Below are positions 8,368 to 15,926 of a DNA stretch of 64,000 nucleotides, piece after piece. Position numbers and translations under genes: made by a program. The DNA is from a virus. Lineage: Duplodnaviria; Heunggongvirae; Uroviricota; Caudoviricetes. The notes under the pieces were generated by a model. That model worked only from the letters and a program-made list of their open reading frames with translations, was not told the DNA's origin and did not search any database. The stretch lies in the IMG/VR virus record IMGVR_UViG_3300037089_000535; one strand, given 5' to 3'. The stretch's first letter is position 1. The number at the start of each line of letters is the position of its first letter.

Positions 8368-10317
8368 CTACTTCAATTGGCTTAGTTCGCTGACGAAGCC
8401 ACCAGACAAAACAGGGAACCTGCACCACGTCTTAGGATCAAGATTATGGTTGTCTACGTGGAACGCTATAGCGTAGCGCTCTCTTTTCCATTGATTGCGC
8501 ACCCACATTGTAAAGAACTTCCTTACATACGAAATTGCCAATGGGTTGTCGGGCCTTTCGCGACGCAGACAATTGAGCACCTCTTGTGGTCCCTTCTTCT
8601 CCAGGATGGCCCACGTTTCAATGGCATCGAGAATATCGTAAGGCATCAGATCATCCTCGTCTGTCTGGCCTTGTCCTGGGCGTAACTCAGCCGTTGGCTT
8701 CTGACTCACGATACCCTTCAGTGATGGATAATCCGTGACCATCGTGTTCAACCATTCGAGCAAGAACGCCTTGTCGATGCCGCCGATAGGGGCAATGGAT
8801 CCTGCGGTGTCTCCATCCATCGTGCAATAACCAACGGCAGCCTCTGAGCGGTTGCTGGTAGTGATTAGAAGCTTGCCCTCTAGGTTAGCTACCATCCAAA
8901 TGCTTGGGGCTCGTGCACGGGCCTGGATATTCTGCAACGCAATATCATCATGCTCCCAGGTCAGAGCGCGGCCCTCAACTTGTTCTGCTAGGGCTATGTA
9001 TTGTTTAACGATGGCATCGATATCGATCACAGAGAATTTGGCACCAATCTCATTAGCCACGGCCCTAGCCGCTTCAAGAGTTGTTGTTGAGCTGTTCGAT
9101 GTGGACTGATACACGCAGGTAAGAAGCTTCTCAACAAGCACTCTTCGACCATGAATCAGGTATTGTTTAATTAAATCTTCATCTATTGGAATGTTGAATT
9201 GATTGAGAGCATCTTCAATGCCTTGAGATTCATTAATAACACGCCTAATCATCAGAGATACCAGCGAGGCACATGCGGCCGAATCAGCGCCTCCGCTAAG
9301 AGAAACCACAAACCCTTTTGAATGTGACTTCTCCAAATAATCAAACAGCCCCAATGTAATTGCGAGGGTAAACTCTTGATGCTTAGTGAATGATTCGCTC
9401 TGTATTGGCTTGGTTGCTTTTTCATCACAGGCAATATTTTTTATTTCATTAACAAGACCTTGAGTATAATCAACTACGCCGCCAGCTTCTAAATCTGGAG
9501 AGAAGCTAGCTGTGGCAATCGCTCTGGTTTTGATTAATGAAAGATCAATGACGGCTGTTGTTAAATTTACCTTGGCCATATTTAGGAATGGGCCGCGAGC
9601 TAGTAAATCGCCGCCGCTTGCGACAATACAATCGCCATCATAAATGGCACGACCCGCTTCATTACCAAGAAGATTTGCATAAATGTAGGCTACATTAAAT
9701 GCCCGCGAGCCCTCAACAACAAGTCTCTCTCTAGTAACTCGTTTTCCGAAAGCAAAGTGAGATGCCGATGGATTCAAAATAATGTTGACGCCTCTTCGCG
9801 CTAAAGCGTTACCCGGCCGCTCTGCAACGAAAGCGTCTTCGCAAATCTCAAAGCCTATATGTACGCCATCGATATAGAAAACCAAATCCCCAATCACATA
9901 ACCAGGACCCTCTATAACCAATTTGGCTGGCCATGGCTTGAACCATCGTGGTTCGTAATGAAGGCCGTCACCCGCTAGGTGTTGCTTGGGAACGATGCCT
10001 ATGATTTTCTCATCATAAACACAGACCATTACGTTGTACAAGCAGTTGCACCACAGAAATGGTATGCCAAAACAAGTAAAGATTCCGCTTGTTTGTGGTA
10101 GTAGATCGCATACTATTTCCCAAGCTGTAGTTATAACTTGCTCTGATAGGAAGTGATCTTCGCAACCATATCCGGTGATTGCCATTTCGGGCAAACAAAG
10201 AACTTTCACGCCAGCTCTTCTGGCTTCACCTAGAGCGTCGATGATGTTATGCTTGTTGCGCTCCCAATCGAGAGGCGTTTGATTCAAGGTCGCCGCACCA
10301 ACTTTGAGGTTTGACAT
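8368..10317 (-). CDS. nadE: Glutamine-dependent NAD+ synthetase (N-terminal CN-hydrolase domain + NAD synthase domain)
   Basis: An N-terminal nitrilase-like domain (LCLPEMAITGYGCED) is followed by the PP-loop SLSGGADSAACASL. 649 aa. Several short opposite-strand ORFs inside it are judged spurious. Confidence 0.85.
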   Translation of the reverse strand: MSNLKVGAATLNQTPLDWERNKHNIIDALGEARRAGVKVLCLPEMAITGYGCEDHFLSEQVITTAWEIVCDLLPQTSGIFTCFGIPFLWCNCLYNVMVCVYDEKIIGIVPKQHLAGDGLHYEPRWFKPWPAKLVIEGPGYVIGDLVFYIDGVHIGFEICEDAFVAERPGNALARRGVNIILNPSASHFAFGKRVTRERLVVEGSRAFNVAYIYANLLGNEAGRAIYDGDCIVASGGDLLARGPFLNMAKVNLTTAVIDLSLIKTRAIATASFSPDLEAGGVVDYTQGLVNEIKNIACDEKATKPIQSESFTKHQEFTLAITLGLFDYLEKSHSKGFVVSLSGGADSAACASLVSLMIRRVINESQGIEDALNQFNIPIDEDLIKQYLIHGRRVLVEKLLTCVYQSTSNSSTTTLEAARAVANEIGAKFSVIDIDAIVKQYIALAEQVEGRALTWEHDDIALQNIQARARAPSIWMVANLEGKLLITTSNRSEAAVGYCTMDGDTAGSIAPIGGIDKAFLLEWLNTMVTDYPSLKGIVSQKPTAELRPGQGQTDEDDLMPYDILDAIETWAILEKKGPQEVLNCLRRERPDNPLAISYVRKFFTMWVRNQWKRERYAIAFHVDNHNLDPKTWCRFPVLSGGFVSELSQLK

Positions 10318-10479
10318 TTTCTATTTTCTCAGGTGATATTGATTTACAATAATAAAACGCAATAGGGCGTGGGCATATTGGCAAGTCATCTAGCTGCAAG
10401 TCCAGCAGCTCTTCTTGAATCTGTAGCTGGAATTTTAGTTCCGCAGCAGGTAGAGCTTCGTCATCGTCCACAGCCAACC

Positions 10480-11973
10480 TCATAGCGAGATGTTAAAGTT
10501 CGCTTGGCGATTCGCTTTGCAGATGTCAACCAATGCTTGTGTAGCTGGCGAATACTGCGGTGGGATGTTGAGTCCCAGAGCTGCCGCTTTGAAGTTTGGT
10601 TCGTAATTTGTAAGACAGTTGCCCGCGTTTAGGCGATAGTAATTCGGAATGACCTCGCCCTCTTGCCCGATGATCCCAACTGGAACCTCCGGACTGATGT
10701 GCATGGGATGCGGGCGATAGACAACTGGGAGCCCCGGCACAGATTGTTTGCCGCTCTCGGCCTCATCTCCGAATTTCATAGTGGCTACGCTACCGCTCTT
10801 CGACAGCTTCCAGACGCCAGCCACATCATCGCGCCTGAATGTTTTCCACGTAGGCTCTACCAAATATCCGCCGTAGCCATATGACTGACGATCAGGCGAC
10901 CACTCCATTGTCTCGCGATACTTCTCGAACCGAATCGTCTTCTCTAGATTCCACCCGCTCTCCAAGATGAGTTGCGGCAACAGACCAAGGCGCAAGCATT
11001 CTGTTATGGTATAGAAGTAGTGGTTCTTGATTCGTTCTTCTGAGTCGAAACGAATGCCAGCGTTTCGATCAGGACGCTCTTGAATTGCGAGCAGTGCCGC
11101 CGGGATTCCAGATCGAATTGAATCAAACGTATCTGGTAAGTATGAAATGAAACCCGGGAATCGATCGCGCATTGTGATGAATGAATGGTAGTCACTGCCA
11201 AAGCGTTGAATGTGCTCGTGCCCCATCGTGCCTACCGGAATCATTCCAAGCTCTTTGGCTAGGTAGACATTCGATGTGCGCAGGATACCGGCCTCTTTGA
11301 TAGCGCTGAGGGCAATTTTGTGTTGTGCCATGCACGACACGGCACGCATTCCAACCTCAAAGATGCGATCAGGATTACCGCCAACAGCTTCCACCAAGGC
11401 TTTGGCTTTGGCCAAGATGCTTTGATAGTACTCGTCGGTTCGCACTTCAACCTCTGGTATTTTGCTACCGGCAAACAGACAAGCATTGAGAATGAGTTCT
11501 TTCTCTTCTTCGCATGTAGCGAACATCTTGTCTGGCAAGGCTCGAACCTTGGCCTGAGTTGCGACTTGAATAGTGAAGTTGAGCATGAGTGCTGTTGGCT
11601 CTAGCCAGCTTGAAACAGCCGATGGGCCAGTAACGGAGAAGGCCGGCTCTCGGCTATAGAACCAAGAACCCTCGGGAATGGACGATACCTTTACCGTATC
11701 GACCATTGAGAATGCTTTGCGATACGCCGCGCCAACTGCATAGGAGTTGGCTTCGAGGTATGAATAATCTTCGGCAAGCTCTTTCATTGGCTGGTGTGCA
11801 TCCGGAAGAAGGCCTTTGACGTACTTCGCTGCATCTATCGGCAGGAAATGCCAGCCGTAATGCCCGCCGCGCCGATGGGTGTAGTAAAATGTTTCCGTCC
11901 TTAACGGAAAGCCAGCTTCGGCCATCGAGAATTTGTACCCATCTGTCATTGTTATTCTCACATCAACTCGCAT
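10480..11973 (-). CDS. Nicotinate phosphoribosyltransferase-family protein (PncB-like; NAMPT not excluded)
   Basis: TDGYKFSM N-terminal motif and IPVGTMGHEHIQRF (cf. NAPRT GTMAHS). The first 6-8 codons of the tracked ORF fall inside a CRISPR-repeat relic. A more plausible start is Met9 (ATG at 11949-11947) with a GTGAGA SD-like sequence 7 nt upstream. Confidence 0.65.
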   Translation of the reverse strand: MRVDVRITMTDGYKFSMAEAGFPLRTETFYYTHRRGGHYGWHFLPIDAAKYVKGLLPDAHQPMKELAEDYSYLEANSYAVGAAYRKAFSMVDTVKVSSIPEGSWFYSREPAFSVTGPSAVSSWLEPTALMLNFTIQVATQAKVRALPDKMFATCEEEKELILNACLFAGSKIPEVEVRTDEYYQSILAKAKALVEAVGGNPDRIFEVGMRAVSCMAQHKIALSAIKEAGILRTSNVYLAKELGMIPVGTMGHEHIQRFGSDYHSFITMRDRFPGFISYLPDTFDSIRSGIPAALLAIQERPDRNAGIRFDSEERIKNHYFYTITECLRLGLLPQLILESGWNLEKTIRFEKYRETMEWSPDRQSYGYGGYLVEPTWKTFRRDDVAGVWKLSKSGSVATMKFGDEAESGKQSVPGLPVVYRPHPMHISPEVPVGIIGQEGEVIPNYYRLNAGNCLTNYEPNFKAAALGLNIPPQYSPATQALVDICKANRQANFNISL

Positions 11974-11992
11974 CTCTCGAAGGTTACTGCTT
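11957..11992 (-). repeat. Degenerate inverted copy of the CRISPR repeat (~29/36 nt)
   Basis: ctcacatcaactCGCatctctcgaaggttactgCTTTAC compared with the reverse complement of the repeat, CTCACATCAACTGAATCTCTCGAAGGTTACTGATAC. Confidence 0.7.
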
Positions 11993-12050
11993 TACAGCAA
12001 GCTCTGGATCTGTGCAATTGCAAAGTGTCTTTAGTCAGCTATTAAAGTCA

Positions 12051-12080
12051 AATGGCCCACTGATAAATCAGTGGGCCATT
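12051..12080. other. Perfect 13-bp-stem hairpin (AATGGCCCACTGA-TAAA-TCAGTGGGCCATT)
   Basis: Exact inverted repeat with a 4-nt loop, immediately 5' of a repeat-like copy. No clear U-tract on either strand. Confidence 0.6.
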
Positions 12081-12082
12081 CT

Positions 12083-12120
12083 TCAGTAACCTTCGAGAGA
12101 TCAGTCATTCAACGAGTGAG
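12083..12120 (+). repeat. Degenerate direct-orientation copy of the CRISPR repeat
   Basis: tcagtaaccttcgagaga-tcagtcattcaacgagtgag compared with TCAGTAACCTTCGAGAGATTCAGTTGATGTGAG. Confidence 0.55.
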
Positions 12121-12332
12121 CTTGATCCTCAATTGAGGACTCCTCGCGTTTAGGCCATGTGATTGGCCTGCAAGTAAACCTTACTATAAGATACAAAAAA
12201 GTCAAGTAGTCTTTGCGAAATACTTACACCTACCCACATCAACGCAACTATACCAGCTGAGAGACTATCGTTGATTGTGTACAGCAAGCCCACGCTTCAT
12301 ATCGATCGCGATCATCGTCGTTCCTCCTTACT

Positions 12333-12369
12333 CTCACATCAACTGAAATCTCTCGAAGGTTACTGATAC
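12333..12369 (-). repeat. Near-perfect inverted copy of the CRISPR repeat (one extra A); candidate anti-repeat or solitary repeat unit
   Basis: ctcacatcaactgaAatctctcgaaggttactgatac equals the reverse complement of the repeat plus a 1-nt insertion. It lies 110 nt upstream of the 12479 ORF. Confidence 0.8.
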
Positions 12370-12478
12370 GTACTACGCATCCTTGAGCGGTTCGCATGTA
12401 GTGCCTGGCCCATGTGACTGTCCGGGATATTTGGCCGAACCGGCCGAGTTTGCCTTGGAAGACTTGGAAGAGAAATAG

Positions 12479-13021
12479 ATGCCACACGGACAACTCAACA
12501 TACCCCAGCTGACAGCTTTGAGGCCATTGGTTCATGGCAAAGTAATCCATGACCTAGGCGCTGGAGACTTGGGTCTCGCTCTTGAACTACTTAAGTTGGG
12601 AGCTGCTAAAGTCATTGCGATTGATAAGGGTTACAATCGTACCAATGAGAAATATGATAGCAAGTCTTGGAACGTGCCGCCTGAGATTGAAATACGTCAT
12701 CAATATTTCCAAGATATGAATGAGGAAATCGATACTGCCTTTGTGAGCTGGCCCGCCAATTATGACAACGGCCTGTTGAGAATTCTCATGCAAACAAAAA
12801 CAATAATCTATTTGGGTAAAAATACTGATGGTTCTGCTTGTGGAACCCCAGATCTCTTCAGATACTTTGCCACTCGCAAGATAGATGTACACGTGCCATC
12901 AAGACCCAACACCCTTATCTGTTACACAGATCATTTGGATGAACCAAGACAACTGTTACTGCTGGAAGAGACGGCCGCTATCAATGCTAGCGTAGATAAA
13001 CCTCCAGTCACTTATATCTAA
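12479..13021 (+). CDS. SAM-dependent methyltransferase-like protein (small)
   Basis: Methyltransferase motif I-like VIHDLGAGDLGLALELLKLGAAKVIAIDK. Confidence 0.4.
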   Translation: MPHGQLNIPQLTALRPLVHGKVIHDLGAGDLGLALELLKLGAAKVIAIDKGYNRTNEKYDSKSWNVPPEIEIRHQYFQDMNEEIDTAFVSWPANYDNGLLRILMQTKTIIYLGKNTDGSACGTPDLFRYFATRKIDVHVPSRPNTLICYTDHLDEPRQLLLLEETAAINASVDKPPVTYI

Positions 13022-13758
13022 TCTATTACACACATCTCGTGCCATCTAGCCGAAAGCATTAGGGCAACTATCGCTGGACTCAACCCATAGTGACCGAAGG
13101 CATAGGCATCATTAAGCTCGACCAGTAGTGTTCGTCCGTCATCAGCAACTCCCCAGTCAAGGCAGTATGCTATTGGACTATGGCCCTTCATAGCCTGTAC
13201 GGCAGCCTCCACAATTGACCTATCAGGAACCTTGGACCAATCCCCTTTGTAATGCCGGCAATCAAGCACTTGGCCATCCAGAATGAATGCACGATATTCT
13301 GAAACGAAGTTGACCAGATCAGACACCCAGACATCAATGTCATCGGCTTGAGTTACAAGCAAGCGGCGAGACATTTCATCATTGTGCCAGCACATTCCAT
13401 TGAAAAGCTTGTGCTGAACCGGCTTGATGAAATATGAATCTGCCCGTGAGCGAATCTCACCCAGCTTCATTTGGCGCAAGGAACGTCCAAGAAAGTCTGT
13501 GAGTTCTTCTGGATAATCCATGCTCTTTGGTATTGGGATTCCGAGTTTTGTCAGGGCTCTGTGGATATCTTCTATGTAGCCAGCCACGCCAACGGTTGGG
13601 CTCAGGTCTCCAATATCTGAAATCTCTTCGGTGGATTCAAAGGTAGAGGTCTCTACACCTAACAGCCAAAAGCCTCGGCGAGAATAGTCCAGTACTTCCG
13701 TCTCGGGGAATCCATCACGGTGTCTGATATAGAATTTGACGGCCTTAAGATCATACAT
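13018..13758 (-). CDS. ATP-grasp-fold protein (putative)
   Basis: EYRAFILDGQVLD and LLVELNDAYAFGHYGL resemble the C-terminal lobe of ATP-grasp enzymes. Confidence 0.35.
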   Translation of the reverse strand: MYDLKAVKFYIRHRDGFPETEVLDYSRRGFWLLGVETSTFESTEEISDIGDLSPTVGVAGYIEDIHRALTKLGIPIPKSMDYPEELTDFLGRSLRQMKLGEIRSRADSYFIKPVQHKLFNGMCWHNDEMSRRLLVTQADDIDVWVSDLVNFVSEYRAFILDGQVLDCRHYKGDWSKVPDRSIVEAAVQAMKGHSPIAYCLDWGVADDGRTLLVELNDAYAFGHYGLSPAIVALMLSARWHEMCVID

Positions 13759-13793
13759 AGATTAGTTAAGTAAGTTGTTACCAAAGAATGTTT

Positions 13794-14324
13794 TTATTTG
13801 TTCCAATTAAAATCTGGCGAGCCAACAAGTAGTGCAGCTGGGTCTACCCATTCCTGAAGTCTGCGGCTTGGTTGCGCGCTCCAGGTAATGTCGCTCGTGC
13901 CGGAGCCTATCTCGTTCTTGTCTCTTCCGCCGCCGGCATGAAGCGCAATGTGTTTGTTCGGATTCTCCAGAAGAAACTCAACATGGTTGTTGTTTGTACC
14001 TGGAGTATAATAATGCATCAGAGCGCCAGCAACCGGCGGGCCATCTTTGGGGTATGATCTAAGCGCTCCTTTTGCGAGTGCGATCTTTCGAACCCAGGCG
14101 ATTGCTTGACCACTAATATATTTTATCTTCAACAGATCGTGTTGCACACCTACTGCATACCAGATTCCTAGCGCAAATAATCCACAGTTGGTTTTGATTT
14201 GAACAATTTGATTTGGGTCATCGACTTGTCTTGCAACCAACAAAGCCAAATCTTCTTTCTTGTTAACTAAAGAGTCACCAACATATGAATTTACTAATTC
14301 GATAATATTTTCTGGTGTTGCCAT
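13794..14324 (-). CDS. Hypothetical protein (possible Cys/His peptidase-like)
   Basis: Clean ORF. TNCGLFALG followed by His-containing NHVEFLLENPNKHIALH; weak. Confidence 0.25.
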   Translation of the reverse strand: MATPENIIELVNSYVGDSLVNKKEDLALLVARQVDDPNQIVQIKTNCGLFALGIWYAVGVQHDLLKIKYISGQAIAWVRKIALAKGALRSYPKDGPPVAGALMHYYTPGTNNNHVEFLLENPNKHIALHAGGGRDKNEIGSGTSDITWSAQPSRRLQEWVDPAALLVGSPDFNWNK

Positions 14325-14358
14325 ATACTAAATGCAACAATAATAGTCGATCTTTTAT

Positions 14359-14901
14359 ATGGCCAATTCATCCAATATAGTGAAGACAATTCAACTAACT
14401 CAAGATAAAGTGGCATTTGTTGACGATGAAGACTTTGAAAGCCTTAATGTATTCAAATGGTATGCACATAAATACAAACATACCTATTATGCACAGCGCG
14501 CCATTAGAGTTGGAGACAGACAGAGAATAATAAAAATGCACAGGGTAATTTTAGATTTACAAAACAAATATCCATGGGTAGACCATGAAGACGGAAATGG
14601 CCTGAATAACCAAAGGTGTAACCTTAGAGTGGCTACATATTTACAAAACCAAATGAATAAAAGAAAGAAGGCTAATTGTTCAAGTATATTTAAAGGAGTT
14701 TCTTGGCATTTGCGTACAGGTAAATATCAAACAAGAATAGCGGCTGGCGAATTGATTAATAATGGTAATCATAAGACTATAAGTCTTGGATATTTTGATG
14801 ATGAAATAGAGGCTGCTTATGCTTATGACGCTGCAGCCAGGAAATACTTTGGTGAGTTCGCCAAGCTCAACTTTCCTGTTGACAATCCAGGCGGCTTTTA
14901 A
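14359..14901 (+). CDS. HNH homing endonuclease with AP2 DNA-binding domain
   Basis: HNH core HEDGNGLNNQRCNLR plus an AP2-like segment FKGVSWHLRTGKYQTRI...YFDDEIEAAYAYDAAARKYFGEFA. Confidence 0.7.
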   Translation: MANSSNIVKTIQLTQDKVAFVDDEDFESLNVFKWYAHKYKHTYYAQRAIRVGDRQRIIKMHRVILDLQNKYPWVDHEDGNGLNNQRCNLRVATYLQNQMNKRKKANCSSIFKGVSWHLRTGKYQTRIAAGELINNGNHKTISLGYFDDEIEAAYAYDAAARKYFGEFAKLNFPVDNPGGF

Positions 14902-14999
14902 GAGATCGCTTGGTAAGCATGATTCATTTGTACGAACCATTATGAATTAAGATGCCCGTGTTTAGGCACGGGCATCTTCAGCTCCTACCTACCAACCTC

Positions 15000-15425
15000 T
15001 CAAGCATCCAGTTTCATGCCGCCAACAGCTCTCATCTTTTCCAGAGTGGCTTTGAAAATGATCTCGGCGCGGACAGCTCCCATCTCAATAATGATCGGGA
15101 CAAATTTAGCCGCCAGATCTTTACCATTACCACCGTACCGTTTGGATATTCCATTGTGATTGGCGGTACTGATCCTGGATTTCTTAACAGACATTTGCCT
15201 CTTGGCAGACATCTTCTTTGAAACCTTGTGCTTGCGTGACGGCCTGTTCTTTTCCGTCCAACGAATTTGCCAGATTTGCTTCTTGCTTAGATCACTTATA
15301 GTATCAAGCCCCGAAGCTTTGGCCAGCTTGATGAGTTCACCAGCGTCCACTTTGGGGTGTCGTCGAACGAAATCAGCCTTTGTTAATGGTTGAAGAGTTT
15401 GGGGGACTAACTTTGGTTTTGCCAT
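15000..15425 (-). CDS. Lys-rich basic protein (possible DNA-binding/nucleoid-associated)
   Basis: 141 aa, very basic central region (KHKVSKKMSAKRQMSVKKSRIS). Confidence 0.35.
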   Translation of the reverse strand: MAKPKLVPQTLQPLTKADFVRRHPKVDAGELIKLAKASGLDTISDLSKKQIWQIRWTEKNRPSRKHKVSKKMSAKRQMSVKKSRISTANHNGISKRYGGNGKDLAAKFVPIIIEMGAVRAEIIFKATLEKMRAVGGMKLDA

Positions 15426-15598
15426 GCTACGAACACTAGCCTAGTGACCGGCTGATTGTCAACAAAAATGTTGTGGTAGAAGAGTAATTTCAGTGAAGAT
15501 GAAATTTTAACCTGATCGTGCAAGAAATCCCCTTGCTTTAGCTGGGGATGAATTGCCGTCTGAAATAAGTCGAGAAATCTATCAACGAACAGTTCACT

Positions 15599-15901
15599 CT
15601 AATCTGAACACTTCGGCTGCATCTCGCGGCCACGCCACCCAAGCAACCTGATGAACTCGTGAAACTTACAACCGGGACGCACGCACACTACAGACGGCGA
15701 GACTGTCCCGTCCTGAGCAATCTTATGCTTCGTATCGACAAGTCTCGCCTGATGACCAAAGGCGCATGTTACCTCGACCATCGTCTCTGGAAAAGCACAT
15801 GGATCTTGACCACAACAACAGTTTGGATAGCTCCAACTGTTCGGAGTTATCACCATCCCTACCTGCAACGCCTCTACAAATTCTACCATCGGTTCCATCA
15901 T
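15599..15901 (-). CDS. Hypothetical Cys-rich small protein
   Basis: ORF with a CCCGQDPC...C...C pattern. Confidence 0.3.
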   Translation of the reverse strand: MMEPMVEFVEALQVGMVITPNSWSYPNCCCGQDPCAFPETMVEVTCAFGHQARLVDTKHKIAQDGTVSPSVVCVRPGCKFHEFIRLLGWRGREMQPKCSD

Positions 15902-15926
15902 TTTATGCTGAATCTAATTTCAGGAC

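Noticed and set aside
8446-9434. Plus- and minus-strand short ORFs (8446-8685, 8852-9109, 9252-9434) inside nadE
   Set aside because: They are fully embedded in a long, motif-rich ORF on the opposite strand, so they are judged spurious.
10480-11973. Calling the 497-aa enzyme NAMPT (NadV)
   Set aside because: GTMGHE resembles the NAPRT GTMAHS motif more than the NAMPT active-site region, and a nicotinamidase-like gene is present. PncB is therefore favoured, but the call needs an HMM to settle.
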